Source: Entomortierella parvispora E1425
Taxonomy: Eukaryota; Fungi; Mortierellomycota
Length of the DNA stretch: 64,000 nt
Assembly: GCA_020891255.1 (NCBI GenBank)
Contig: BQFW01000007.1
Span: 1,612,001-1,676,000 of the forward strand
Direction: 5' to 3'
Under the pieces are notes generated by a model, which saw only the letters and a program-made list of their open reading frames with translations, was not told where the DNA came from and ran no database searches. A program made the position numbers and the translations under genes. Below, piece after piece: positions 25,325-38,830 of this stretch; position 1 is the stretch's first letter, and the number at the start of each line of letters is the position of its first letter.

Positions 25325-27004
25325 TTATTGCACAGGATTCTCGACACGCCACTCGTTGCTTAAATGCTGGGGCTTTGTCTTTTCCAGGAACGCCTTTCGC
25401 CACGATCGCACAAATGCGGCAACATCTGTCCAACCGTCTACTGTAGGCGACAGCGGCTGCGCCTCACGCCATGTTCGTAGTGTCTCTTGGCTTTCGTCTT
25501 TGTCGCTGTGGAACTGAGACGAGGATGCCATCACCTTTGCAATGACCAGTTGTCCGTGTTCCTTGTAGTCTGCAGATTTGTAAAGGGCTTCCGCTGCAAG
25601 AGCCTCCTGCAGGATCTGACGCGATAGTACCGTTGTAGCTCCTGGTGGAGGCGATGGCACGTCCACTGCTGGTGCTGGTGATTCATCCGACAGTGTGGAC
25701 AGCGTCTTGGCTGGTGATCCAGTCGAGTCCTCCTTTTCAAGAGACGATCTTTTAGTTAATGCCGCCGACCCATTCTCTTGCTTTTGTCTTTTCCTTAATT
25801 CGTCTAGATCGTCCGACTCTCCGGATTCTCGCTTCGTCGTCAACGATCCTGTAATGGTACTGATGTCCTCTGCTGGGTATCTGTGTTGACTGCTCCACCA
25901 GTCCGCAACTGTAGTCTCTAGGGCCAGTATCCGCTCTAATGGAATCACGGCCAGCTTTTTGGTTTTCGGTTTTTTCTTTTTCCCATTGCTCGAGGAGTCT
26001 AGTTCCGTTGACTCGGCCGCTGGAGTGGACTGTGTGTCTCCTTGATTTTGACTTTCAGAGGAACCTGCCTGCAAATTCCAATGTTCACTCCACCTCCTGT
26101 TCCAATCTGCAACAATCGCTCCAGCAGCTCTCTTGGCCGCCCCCGCCTCATAGTCCTTGACCCACCCGACGCCCTCCAGTGGGATTTTGTAAAGACTGAC
26201 AATTTTTTTCCTGACCACGGCCGCCTCACGATCCCAGTTTGCATTGCACTCTGGACAAGCGACCACAATGTCATGGCTCGCATGACTCTTCATCTTCAGT
26301 GGGAACCACTTGCGGTATTGCTCTGGAACCACATGCAACATAGTTGCTCCGACCTCACTCGTCTCCTGTCCACATATGACACATTTGTTTTCCCGTTCCT
26401 CCAGATAGTAAGGATCGTTGACGCGCCCTTGACCTGCGGGAGCAAAGTTCAGGTGGATCGAGGTGGGGCTGAGAGCACGGGCTAAATTTCGGGATAGGTA
26501 CCAGTCCGCACGCTTTTGAGAACATCGAAAAATGAGGTTGGAATCCGGAGGCGCGTAGACCGAGATGTTGTCGTAGATCTTGGCGTTGCTCTTGCGAAAA
26601 TGCTTTGGAACTTTGGGTGGGGTCGGAGTTGTTTTGGTTGAAGGTAGAGAATGAAGATCAATCTCAATGTCGGATTCAGAATCAGATGCCAACGCTATAT
26701 AATTGACCTCTTGTTGTCCTGAATCTGGAGTGCCTGTCCTGTCACTCTCAGTGGTGAGGGTAGGCGATGCTTGCCGAGAACTCATACTTCTGATAAGAGT
26801 GGATTGTCCTGGTGCTGATATGTGATGGTGCACAAGGGATAGTGTTGTTGCTTGGTGGATCCGGTGTCGAAGCACAGGGGACGGATTCCAAAGACCCGGG
26901 GTTGTTTTTGTTGCTGTTGTGGGTATTTTTGTTGTTGTTGCCAGATGCACAAAAGAGGCTGCTGTCGTAATGATCTTTCCGGTGATGTTTTCCCTTGTGA
27001 ACAT
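25325..27004 (-). CDS. EXD2 C-terminal-domain (HNH-like, Zn-binding) protein lacking the 3'-5' exonuclease domain
   Basis: Uninterrupted 559-aa ORF. Motifs: IYDNISVYAP, CSQKRADWYL, L.FAPAG, YYLEERENKCVICG, HVVPEQYRKWFP..MKSHASHDIVVACPECN, and C-terminal HG.LV...F..SWRKAFL...KPQHL..EW.V. All match the EXD2 C-terminal half as I recall it. Confidence 0.8.
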   Translation of the reverse strand: MFTRENITGKIITTAASFVHLATTTKIPTTATKTTPGLWNPSPVLRHRIHQATTLSLVHHHISAPGQSTLIRSMSSRQASPTLTTESDRTGTPDSGQQEVNYIALASDSESDIEIDLHSLPSTKTTPTPPKVPKHFRKSNAKIYDNISVYAPPDSNLIFRCSQKRADWYLSRNLARALSPTSIHLNFAPAGQGRVNDPYYLEERENKCVICGQETSEVGATMLHVVPEQYRKWFPLKMKSHASHDIVVACPECNANWDREAAVVRKKIVSLYKIPLEGVGWVKDYEAGAAKRAAGAIVADWNRRWSEHWNLQAGSSESQNQGDTQSTPAAESTELDSSSNGKKKKPKTKKLAVIPLERILALETTVADWWSSQHRYPAEDISTITGSLTTKRESGESDDLDELRKRQKQENGSAALTKRSSLEKEDSTGSPAKTLSTLSDESPAPAVDVPSPPPGATTVLSRQILQEALAAEALYKSADYKEHGQLVIAKVMASSSQFHSDKDESQETLRTWREAQPLSPTVDGWTDVAAFVRSWRKAFLEKTKPQHLSNEWRVENPVQ

Positions 27005-28862
27005 GCAATCTCAGACAAATCGAGAAGAGCCAATGTGGTTTACAATCCCCTGCGCTGCGATGATTAGACCCTGGATTGGTGGCTTTAGTAGATGCTATGT
27101 CCTGCACTGATCTTGGTGATGGAGTCGAGGTGGAAGAGAAAGAAGCAAGCACGGCAGGGCTGAAATGACAGGTCCTGTCGCACAATTGCTTCGCCACCAC
27201 CTGCGCCTGCCTTTGAGTGGCTGAGAATCCAGCCCACGCGTTTTTCGCCTCCACAAATCGCGCTTCGAACCCTAGGAACGGCAGGCCCTGTTCATCTTTC
27301 CTAAGAAATGCGGTTGCACGCTGCACAACGACGCCATGGCGCAGACCCACAGCTAGCCAATCCCTTTTCCCTGTTCCTTCCTCTCGTCCACCTTGTGCTT
27401 TGTCCGCTTCTCTCTCAATTTCTCTCTCGGTGGTTTTTTTTAGCCCTTAGACTGGCACCTCCTGTCCCCACACCAAGAGGTAATCTTTTTAACCTCACGC
27501 GTGCGTGTGGTGTGGAAAACCAAGGGACTCTCTGTTGTCGTAATTGTGACTCCCCAGCAGCGACAGGTCCTCTTCCCCACGAGCATGCTAATAATAAAAA
27601 CGCGGCGACCTTTTTTTTTTTTTTTTTTTTTTTGGCACTCTTGTCTTGTGGTGCTGCACCTTGCTCCAGCTTGGGTTCCATTGGACACCAATCCATGCCC
27701 ATCTACAATAAGAAAATGAGTGAGAGTCGTATCGTGAGGGATCTTCTGTTTGATACGCGCTGAAATGAATGGGAATCATCACAAAAGAAAAATCTCTCCA
27801 CGGAGGGAGAAAAAGAGAGCGACGTTCAGTTACTGCTGGTTGCTCTGTTTTCCCTTCTCAATCTTGGTGCTCGTCGAAACTCAAGAACCACGTCGACAGT
27901 CAATCGCGCACTTTGTTGTGATTGAGCATAGGAAGAGCTACATGGGAAGAGATCATGATGCCCAAGATCCTCACTCATCCTGTCCACTATCAATATGCCA
28001 ATGCCATGCTGTCCCGCCCTTTTGTTAAGAGGGTGATTTGAAGTTGTTGTTGTTCTTCGTTGTTGTTCGTTGTTGCCAACTTCCTATTCTGTGATCATCA
28101 TCATCGCTCCGGCTAACTTTGCTGCTACGGTATCCCTCTTTTCCCTTTGCCCAGGTCCGGATGGGATCTCAGTCCCAATCGAGGATCTGCTTTCTATTTT
28201 TCTTTTACTTCTTTTTCATTTCCTGGGATCCCTTTCTTTTCCTTACTTTGCCCTTCCCCACGGATCTGCTTTTTGCCATTTTTTCATTTCACTTTCAGCG
28301 TCCCATATATCTACCCTCGATCTCCCCTCTTCTCCCCTTTCTTTCCTCCCTCACTCTCTCCTTCTTCTGCTTTGCATTGCGGATCTTCCCGATCCCAGCA
28401 CCCCCATCTGCTTTCTTCAATCACACCCTACATCTGCACAGCAAAACACGCGACACTTGATCTCTGTTAATCCCCTTTCCTCTCTCCCCGTGCTGCATAT
28501 CCTTTTTTGTTTTAGTCTTGGATCTTTTCTCCTTATCCCTTGCTTTCTTTTCATTCATTGTAAAATACGTATATCTTTCTCACTTTGAAAAATGCTCAAG
28601 GCCACTCCACCTACCTCGACTCAAGGTCAAAAGAGCCAGCAGCAGACAAGTGTTGCCAACGATGGTAACCAAAAACTCAACGGAAGCTCCTTAAGTTTAC
28701 TCAAAGCCACATCTAAAGGTAATTGCAATGTTGGATCAGTTGAAGGTCAACAAAGGCCAGCCTCTCACCTTCACTCTTCTTTTGCCTTGATGCATTCGTA
28801 CATGTCATTATCGACCGACTTGTTTACGGGGATTTCATATATTACAACGACAACGAAAAGTC

Positions 28863-31800
28863 ATGGCATTCTTGAATGGTCGCAAGGCTCTCTCAACCAA
28901 CTCATCGGACGAGGATGCCAACAACAGCATTAATAATATTATGATCAGTCAACCCCTCCCACAGTCCAACAGAGACAAACATCTTGGATCGAACACCACT
29001 AATACCGCTACTGCCTTGACGACAACTTCAACTCTGACAAAGACCGTGATGATGAACAGAAACTCGCGACGACCCACTTATACAAGCCAGCAAAGCAAGA
29101 GTCATAACGCTCTGAGTTCAGTTGCAGATCAGGATAAAGCCATTGAGCAATATCGCCATCTCTTCCAAAACCGTCCCATCAACAATCTCACCAAGATCCC
29201 CCTCCCTACGACCACCACACCAACAACGACAACAACCTTGACCCTTCCTTTGACTAAAAGTGCCAACAATCTCGCAGCACCTATTCCTACAATTCCGGTG
29301 TACCAATCAGGAACTGAGGCTCAACTGAAAAGCTTTGAGAAACAACTCGAGAGTGCCTTCCAGGGGATTGGACTTGACGATAACAACCGTTTTTCCAGGA
29401 AGCCAAGACGTCGTGCAGCGAAACGTGGTTCAGTTCGCCCTTCAAGCGCAACTGCCTCCTCCTCGAACGCGACACGTCGTATTCAATCTGGCGATATTCG
29501 CCAGCTGGGCGTCAACACCAACCACACGGCGCGTTTGTCTTCTTCACGACGGGGCGTCAATCAAAGAGGTCAAAGTAGCAGCAGCAGCAGCAGTAGCAAT
29601 AGTCTCATGACCACAAACACTTACTGTCACCATATTCCTGTTCCTGGACAGGCTCATTTCGGTGGAGTGAACTTGGTTGACATTGTTCGGGGACTCGAGT
29701 CTGAATTTACACTGGTTGTGGACTCGGCCGAAGAGGAGGGATCGGAAGACTCGCAGACATGTCTTTTGTCAGAAAGGGAGATCAGTACAGATGAAGAGGA
29801 CGATGGTACCTATCTAGCCCGGAGTATCTCGTCCCAGAGCGAGCAGCAATCAGGTATTGTTTTACCACCAAGGCCGCCTTCGTCCTACAAGAACCATATC
29901 TTGTACCAGCAGCACTCTGCTTCGTCTTCTTCGTTAGAATCATCTTGCGTGGACTCGTCGAGCTGCTCATCCTTCAACACAATCGAACCGGCTTCATCAG
30001 CTTCCTCTTCCTCTTCCTCTTCCTCACTGGCATCCTCTTTGGCATCATCACCAGATTCTACGCTTCTCAACTCAAGCGAGGATTCTGGCGAGGATGCCGT
30101 TTCATTGTTGGTCCTGCCTTCACCAGCCGCCGCCACCGTTCCATCCTCTTCCTATGATGTTTCTTCCGCTTCTACTGTGGCACCTGAAAGGTTACCTCTT
30201 GCACTGGAGGAGCCTCCACAGTATGATCAACATGGACAAGATTTACACCTAGGAATCATCCCTAGCCCCTCTGAGACTACTCCCTGTCCATCTGTTCCGC
30301 ATGATGATTACAACCAGCAGCAGATCCTGGATTCGGCCACCTCGGCCACGGTCCTGAGTGATCTTTTGAGAGAAGAGGAGGAACGGCAACTGGAGGCAGA
30401 GAGAAAGTCCATACTGGCCACGGAAGTAGCCGCGACATCTGCCGCGGCTGATGCAGCAATGACCGCGATGCAGCAACAACAAAAGGAGTGCAACTCTAAG
30501 AAAAAATCAGAGGAGAAGCCCTCTTTGACGTTGCAAACAATGACCCATAATCTTGGAGGCATCGCTCCAGGTGCCTTGAGCGCGTTCGAGAGTCGTCCTC
30601 AGAGCGCCCAGTTCTCATTGACGAAGTGCAACTCGACCTCAAGTCTTTACATTGACAGTACGATGACCAAAAGTGATGTGGACGAGACCCTTCGAGCGTA
30701 AGTATCGTTTTTGTAGATTGTTGATCGTTCATTGTTTTTTTCTTTCTTCTTGCTGGTCAACTAACGGCCCCCTCTTTTCCTTCTTTTCAGTGTTGCGACC
30801 GTTCTTTATGACAAGATCTTGTTGTCCCACAAGGTCAACGATTGCAGAACCTCGCGGATTATTAATTCATCGTCGTATGTGCCCTCGGAGCGTGTGGTCA
30901 TGACCCAGGCCGACATTTTTGACTTTATGAGGTTCATCTTTGACTGTGGCCAGGTAAAGACCAAATGATCCATTACAAAAGGAGCCCCGTCTGCTATTTT
31001 CATAATGGCATTTTTGTCTCACACCCAATTTTCCTTTGGTTACCCTTCTAGAACCTGAGGGCCGAGAATGCCATCATCACGCTGATCTACGTAGAGCGAA
31101 TCACAGAGCTTGGAAACCTATCCTTCCATGCCATTAACTGGCGTCGATTGCTTCTGGGAGCCTTGATTCTCTCCATCAAGGTCTGGGAGGATCTTGCCGT
31201 CTTCAATTCTGATGTCTGTGCCATCTTTGAGGGTCTGAACGTCAAGGACGTGAACGCATTGGAGCGGTTCGCGATGGCCAAGTTGCAGTACAATGTCTCT
31301 GTCAAGCGTTCCATTTACGCAGCTTATTTCTTCCGATTGAGAGACGTGAGCGAACAAGAACATAACCTGCACTATGGAAAGCTGACCCTGAGCATGAGCC
31401 AACGCGACATGCAGGAGCATCAACAACAGCTCTCTCAGTCGTCCTCGAGGAGTGGGAGCTTGATGACCCGAAATGACTCCAACCTCAGCTACTCTTCATC
31501 CATTCGTGAAGGGGGTAGCGGCTTGATGGGCATGGCCACGGCCATCAACAAAGTCCCCGTCGGTCCCGGTTATCGCAAATGGACCTTGAAGCCTCTCAGT
31601 GTCCGAGAAGCAGATCGACTCGAGGCCCGCTCGGCCTTGTATTGCTCCAATATGCGGATGGAGGAACAAGAACGAAAAGATGTGGGCTGCTGTTGGGACG
31701 AATATTCGGTCACCTCTGATCGCGCTTCGCCCGCAGAGCTCTCGGCCTCCATGCACACCCTAGCCTCCTCCAGCCTCTCTTCATCCGTCTCAGTTTCGAC

Positions 31801-32038
31801 AAGCGGAAACGGTGCCGGCAGCAGCAGTGGTATGTCAACGTCCACCTCGACCTCTTCGAACGCGACCATGATCTCTGGTTCGACCGCTGATTTGGCTGGT
31901 ACCAAAGGAGAAGCGGAAAGTGGAAACTCTTCCAATTCTTCGTTGCAGGGATCAGAGCCACCCAGAAGAGTTCTTCGATTGAAGAAGAGCCGCAGTGACT
32001 TTTTCTTTCAAAACACCACTCCCGCATCCATCATGTAA
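28863..32038 (+). CDS. Cyclin Y-like cyclin with a ~600-aa low-complexity N-terminus
   Basis: Motifs: KCNSTSSLYIDST...LRA|VATVLYDKI, IFDFMRFIF, ENAIITLIYVERI, NWRRLLLGALILSIKVWEDLAVFNSD, ALERFAMAKLQYNVSV..SIYAAYFFRLR and LKPLS...RLEARS. There are two GT-AG introns. An extra upstream exon from the ATG at 28592 is possible. Confidence 0.85.
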
Positions 32039-32413
32039 CAAATAGCATGCACAAAAATACGCCCAAGATACCCCCAATTCTATTGTAAGAATATAATACT
32101 ATTTTCGTCTAAAGGCAGGGAACATGATGTACCCAGTTTGGTTTATTGTGCTTGTATGATAAGCGAATCTACATGTGGATGAGTGAGGAGTGGTTTAAAG
32201 GGTGGAAGGCATGGGGTATACCTGTCTAGTAATAATAGTCTATGAGGAATTTTGATTTTTTGATAAAAAAAAAAAAAGAAAGAAATGATAAAAGGATTGC
32301 TTTTGAAAATGGGAAAAAGGAGAGAAAGGAAGAGCAAGAAACGAACAAAATAAGAATAACGAGCAGAAAAATGAAACGACTGAAAGCGGTGGGTTCCTGG
32401 AGGAAGGGGTAAT

Positions 32414-35231
32414 CTAAAGACCCAATTCCCGTTTGCTGTACTCATACACAACATATGAGATACTGACGGCGGGTACGACCTTGGTGAGGGTGGGCACCAT
32501 GCCCTTGTAGAATCCGCGAATACCATCCTTCTCAAAAGTTTTCCTGAAAACATCCAATGTCGAAGTGTAGGTCTGAGGGTGTTGTGGAGTTCCCTGAGCT
32601 TGTAACCTAGAGTTGTAGATGGAAAAAAAAAATATGCTTAGCGCGCTGAAACGAAGACCCTAATAGAATCTATGACGATAGGCTGCGTGGGAGGAGAGGT
32701 TACTTACCTTGTACGAACCAGACTCAAAGGGTAGACACTGGTCGCGCCTACACTTCCACTGATCGTTCCACAGGCCAGGAGAACAAACACACTAGGTCTT
32801 TCCAGACTCTTCTCTTCACTGCCCTCAGCTCCTTCCTGAACACCGGCCTTCCATCGCATGTAACCAAACTTCAAGGTCTCAAAGACTGAGAGATCGATCG
32901 CAGCGTAGGGAAAGATTCCGACAAGCGAAGGTCCCAGGCCACGGTAAAAGGCACGCCACCCTGATCCCTTCCACATCTCCTTGGCCACGGTCCGTATACT
33001 CAATTTGTTGGCAGATGATACTGGAGCTAATGATGTTCCAGTCGATGACGCGGAGATGCTGCTTCTCTGACTGGACCCGCCAGTAGAGGCCATGATCCTC
33101 GTTTTGATCGTCTCCAGAGGATAGATGGAGAACTGTGATACCAAACCGGCAATACCACCAGCCAGGAAACGTCCAGAGGTAGCAATCTCAGGAACATAGC
33201 CAGGAGGGTGAGTCTTTTTGGCCGACTTGTTGTTGTGAAGAGGTTGAACTGTCATACCAGGCAGATGGGTGGCAATGAACCACTTAGTGGTCTCATATGT
33301 ATAGAATTTGATGGCCGATTCAGGTGCGATCTTGATGATGTTGAGTCCATTGCCGCGAAAAAAAGTCTTCAGGCCCCCCTGCTGGTAGAGCTCCGTAATG
33401 GCGTTCCAGAGAAGGCGTTGCTTGACAGGCGCCACCGCACTAGAGCCAGAGAACTTGGGTATATTTTTTAAGCTAGCCTGAGCTGCGGGTCCTGCCAATG
33501 CCGGAACTGAGTTGGTGATGAGGTATACTTTGAGGCGATCCAGCGGTGCCGTGACTATGATTGACATCATGGGGGTGTAAGTTCTCTGATCATGTCAAAA
33601 AAAGTCAAATTCCAACATTCAATTCTCACGGTACCTGTCCTGGACACTCCACCGGCAATGGCTCCAGCCAGGAGATATCTCGCTACATAGTCGTTCTCGG
33701 AGGGTGGCATGACAACATCTCCGTCCACGCCAACCTGTGCTACTACTTCTTGCACGTAGTTGTAGATCTCCTTCAGTGTTGGTTCTCGGGGCAATAACTA
33801 TTGTCAAAGAGAATCTCTGCGTTAGTCCCATTGGTGCGTCCTCATTGTTCCACAATAATGTTCCAGTCTGTGACGACCCGCATGCATGATCCTTCCATGG
33901 TTTTTGTTGTTGCACTTCCGCATGGCCATGCAGGGCGTTATTTGTACGTCTACTTGCCGATCTGTGAATGACAGAGCAGATCATCGTTTTGACCCATATT
34001 GAACTTTGCCTCATCTCTTGGGGGAGTGTCTCTCCAACCATCTTCCCTCATAAATCAAAGCCTCAAGTGTCTCCTTGTTGATCGGAATATCCTGGCAGAC
34101 CAGATCGGTCGCACTTTGAGATGGTGAAGGGGAGACTCTAGGTCTACTTACCACTAAAAAGTCGCGCCATTCCTCAAAGTCAATAGCTCCATCTCCGTCC
34201 TTGTCCATAGCCTTAATAAACTGCTTCAGATCCGCATCTGACATATCGATTCCTGCTTTTGCCAGCGATGCCTGCAGCTCATCTGCTTGGATTTCTGTGA
34301 ATGCCAATAGAGAACAATACGTTAGAACGAGTTCCATTAAATGGCAGCCTTGGGCCAGTCTTGGTTCCCTATCCTTACCATTATCATTGTTGTGGTCGAT
34401 CTCCCTGAACAGGTTCCAAAGTCGTTCCTCCTTTTCTTCGACAAAGACCTGAAAGTCTGCGTACGGGACCCTTCCGTTGTGTCGATCTGGCAGGGGTCCC
34501 TCGCTTCCTTCCCGGCCCAAGTCGCCTGCAGATTCCTCTGAGGATACCTCTGATGATCCAGAAGTGTTCCCCTGGTGATGATGACCATTCTTATGACGGT
34601 AAAGCTTTCTTGAGTGGCAGAGCTGCAACAGCTCGTCGGCGTATCGCCGCTGCACGTCCTTGTCCGGTGTCACCTCTGCAAAGAATCCAACCAGGGAGTT
34701 TGCATCCAAGAATCCCGATCGATGTTCATCCAACTGGTTGAATTGTCGACGGATCCGAACCTGTCGTTCTTCCCGAGTTTCGTAATGGGAGGGGCTTCCG
34801 ACACGAGAGGGCACATCCGACTCTTCTGTTGAGCGATCCATTTCTTGCTCCAGTTGATTCTGATCCGCAGCATCTTCGGCCGGAAGAAAGGTCGGATCTG
34901 AATCAGATTCAATGTCGACCTGTGGCGTCCGCTTGGCAGTTTTCGTAGCTATTGTGGCAGCATGACCGGAGGACGCCTTTTTCGGATTTGAAGAAGAGGA
35001 GGAGGACATGTGGGCTGATTCGGCCGATTTCGTTTTCGAGGCAGAAGACGAGGTATCGCTGCCCGTGGGCTTTGTTATTGAAGAATGGGGAAAAGTTGAT
35101 GTCTTGGACGAGACCGTTTGTGAAGTATGCTTCTCTTTCATGGGCAGGTCCATGAGTTTTATAGAGGTGCGCTCCTTTGCCGACTCTTGCTCTGCAAACG
35201 TGGGCTCCCGGTCGGACGGCGAGGTGGCCAT
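32414..35231 (-). CDS. SAL1: Ca2+-binding mitochondrial ATP-Mg/Pi carrier (Sal1/SLC25A23-25-like)
   Basis: EF-hands DEHRSGFLD, DHNNDNG..E and DKDGDGAIDFEEW. Three carrier repeats: TAPLDRLKV, YPLETIKTR and YPLSLVRTRLQ. Also GNGLNIIKIAPESAIKF. Confidence 0.93.
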
Positions 35232-36403
35232 GTTGGGGTAATGGGAGAGAAGGAGGGAAGGGAGAGGGAGAGGGAGAGGGAGAGAGGTGCTTTGTGCCGG
35301 GCTAATCACGCGTGTGCAAGGGTCGGAAGGAAGAGAGGAAGGGGGAAGCGTCTCGTCTCCTCTGACTGCTGCAGAGAGTGAAGAAGGGAAAGCAAGTGAG
35401 TGGGGAGGGTAATGAATGGATGTGTGAAGAGGAAGAAAAGAAGAAGTAAAAAAAAAAAAAGGCCCATCACATCGGACCATCGGATCGCCATTACTGAGAA
35501 AAAAAAAATTTTTTTTTGTCCTTTAACTCCAAACGCCGACTTTCGTCTTCACGCCTCTCCCCTCCAGAGAGTGTGCTTTTCACACGCGCATTCTTGTTGT
35601 GCTCTTTGTTCTTTCCCTGTTTCTCTGTCCTTCACTTCTGGGTGCCATGGACCACTCCTCTTTTGTTGGCAATGGATCTTCTTTTCTGACTCTGTGACTC
35701 CAGGGAACCCGTTTTTGCTGTTCATGAGAGCACCGATGGTCTTCCTTCTCATGACACGGACATGCCTTTCTATCCCTTCCAGCTCAAAATAAGATTTTTT
35801 TTTTTTTTGTTCTTGCCTGCGGGGAAGGGGAGAAGGGAGCCGGAAATGGATCCCAGAAAGAGTTCACTCCTTCCTTTGTCACCAGAATCAAAAGGTCTCC
35901 CCCCCCTTCTCTCGGAAGGAAAAGAACCCTTGTCCAGACTATCTGCGGTATCATGCACGCATCATCATTGACACATTATTGTCTATTTTTGTTGACGGGT
36001 TGCTCACGGACGCTTTCTTTATTTGATTGTTTTTGCCTTGTCCAAAAGGGAGCTCTTTGTCTTCTCGTTTTCGCACGGGTTTGTCGCTTGTCAAACACGA
36101 TGACAGGGATCGCTCTTTGATTTGACCTTTCCTCTCGCATGTCCTGTCTATCCACCTGCTTTCTCGGACATGTCTTTTGTTGTTGCATCCTTGTTTTGTA
36201 TCATCTTGCCTGCACCTCTGAGTTCTCCAAGAGCCCCGATGGTCATTCCCCTGGGACTCTTTGACCCTTTTGACCTGAATATCAAAATTGGTGGCAAAAT
36301 GTGGCTTAGCTTTTTTTTTTTTTTTTTTTTTTGTGAAAGGACATGCATGTAGGGTCCATTTCCGTCCGCTCTGTACATCTTCAACAACAACAACGACAAT
36401 AAC

Positions 36404-37193
<790 letters not shown>

Positions 37194-37297
37194 AGAAATA
37201 TCAAAAAGATCTCGACAACAGCATTTTAGACGCATTAAAAAAAGGAACTAGTACATAGCATAGAGATAATCTGTAATCTATTATCTATTATTTTTGA

Positions 37298-38830
37298 TCA
37301 TGCAAGTCTGTGAGGACCAGAACTACCCTCATTTTGTGAACCAATGTCCATAGGGAATGGACTTGATCTTATGGGAAGAGTGGTCGACACGGAAGGATTG
37401 GACATGAGTACCTCTCCAGGTGTCAATAGATGAACGGAAGGAACTGGAGTCTGTGCACCCGTTACGGTCACAATTGATCCTCCAGGAATGGATCCGTTGA
37501 GGACAGAATCGGCACTTGAAGAAGAGGACAGAGGCATCAGAGGTTCGCTGATAGGAACCCGATCATGTCCAAGATCGTGGCCCAAATGGGGATGATAGTG
37601 CTGGGGCGGGTGAGGATGGGCAAGGTTGAGGGTATGCAAGGAACACAGCACTGGGTGCTCCGTTGGATTGAGATCAACAGTAGAGTTGAATTCGAACGAT
37701 GCTCTTCTCGACAGATTTCGAGACGAATTGGTGCTTGTACTAGGGCTACTTCCATGGTCTTCAGTGTAGCTCGCACTCAAATGACTGCTGGCGTGTCGGC
37801 TGGGATGGTGGCTGTGAGGATTATGTAAGTGGAGGTTGTGACCATGATGATGGTGAAGGTGATGATGATGATGTAGGTGTCTAGCGTGTGTCCCTGAGCT
37901 CGTTGAAACACAGTGACCAAAGTAGCCTCCTGCTCCTGCAGGGCCATCATCTGATGACAGCTCCAAAGGGGTAATTGGGGCGGAGGCACCTAACTGAGGT
38001 CGAAGCATAGGGGATGCACGAGGAGAGATACCCAGGAGCGGCGTCACCTCTCCTGACCTCAATGAGGCGGCAGTTGTAGACAGCCTTGACGACGATGCAG
38101 AAACCACAAGGGGCGATGAGGTATTCGGGTGGTGTGTGTGCTGAACAGGATGATATAAGCACCCAAAGGCATCATACAACGCGTTCTTCATCATCTTGGA
38201 CTCGTGCGAGGAGGAATTAGATAAAGACGACGACGAGGTGCCTGCAGGTGGCAACGTGCTCTGAGAGGTGTGGGGGCCATGTGGTGAGTTCAAGGGGTGC
38301 AATGAGGAAAGCTGATGCTGCTGCTGTTGCTGTTTTGAAAGAGGATGTGCCCTCGCGAGACCATCGTCGACATAGTGAGTATGATCCTGCTTGGCCGAGG
38401 AAGCCAATACCAATGAAGAAGATGAAGGCGAGGTTGAGGTGCTCGTGTGCTGTTGCTCGTGAGCGGCGACAGATCTCCTGGATTGAGTGTTAATGGTCAG
38501 TATGGTTTTTGGATCTGCTCCAGTGCTCGAATCGTTTGACAGGGACGACGACGACGACGAACTTGATATCCGGAGTTGTGCCATGTCAGGAACGGCTGAA
38601 GAGTCCTGCGTGATGGCAATTGTCTGCGGCGAGGTTGTGCTATCGAGAACAGCAACAGAAGACCCATTACGATGATCGATGCCCAAGAACTGGTGAGCAT
38701 GGGCGACTGTAGGCTGTGGGGTATTGTCTTGGACTGTCGGTGCTTGCGGTTGTTGTGATTTTGATTCCTTGGGCAAGTGTGGTAACTTGCGGTGTGTCGC
38801 CACGTTTGGGAAAAGGACAATGGAGGCCAT
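37298..38830 (-). CDS. Intronless S/H/P-rich hypothetical protein (510 aa)
   Basis: Long ORF starting at ATG, with polySer, polyGln and a His-rich tract. No recognised domain. Confidence 0.75.
   Translation of the reverse strand: MASIVLFPNVATHRKLPHLPKESKSQQPQAPTVQDNTPQPTVAHAHQFLGIDHRNGSSVAVLDSTTSPQTIAITQDSSAVPDMAQLRISSSSSSSSLSNDSSTGADPKTILTINTQSRRSVAAHEQQHTSTSTSPSSSSLVLASSAKQDHTHYVDDGLARAHPLSKQQQQQHQLSSLHPLNSPHGPHTSQSTLPPAGTSSSSLSNSSSHESKMMKNALYDAFGCLYHPVQHTHHPNTSSPLVVSASSSRLSTTAASLRSGEVTPLLGISPRASPMLRPQLGASAPITPLELSSDDGPAGAGGYFGHCVSTSSGTHARHLHHHHHLHHHHGHNLHLHNPHSHHPSRHASSHLSASYTEDHGSSPSTSTNSSRNLSRRASFEFNSTVDLNPTEHPVLCSLHTLNLAHPHPPQHYHPHLGHDLGHDRVPISEPLMPLSSSSSADSVLNGSIPGGSIVTVTGAQTPVPSVHLLTPGEVLMSNPSVSTTLPIRSSPFPMDIGSQNEGSSGPHRLA

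Noticed and set aside
26748-27350. 200-aa ORF overlapping the start of the EXD2-like gene, considered as a missing exonuclease exon
   Set aside because: No DEDD motifs, a different frame, and no convincing splice path.
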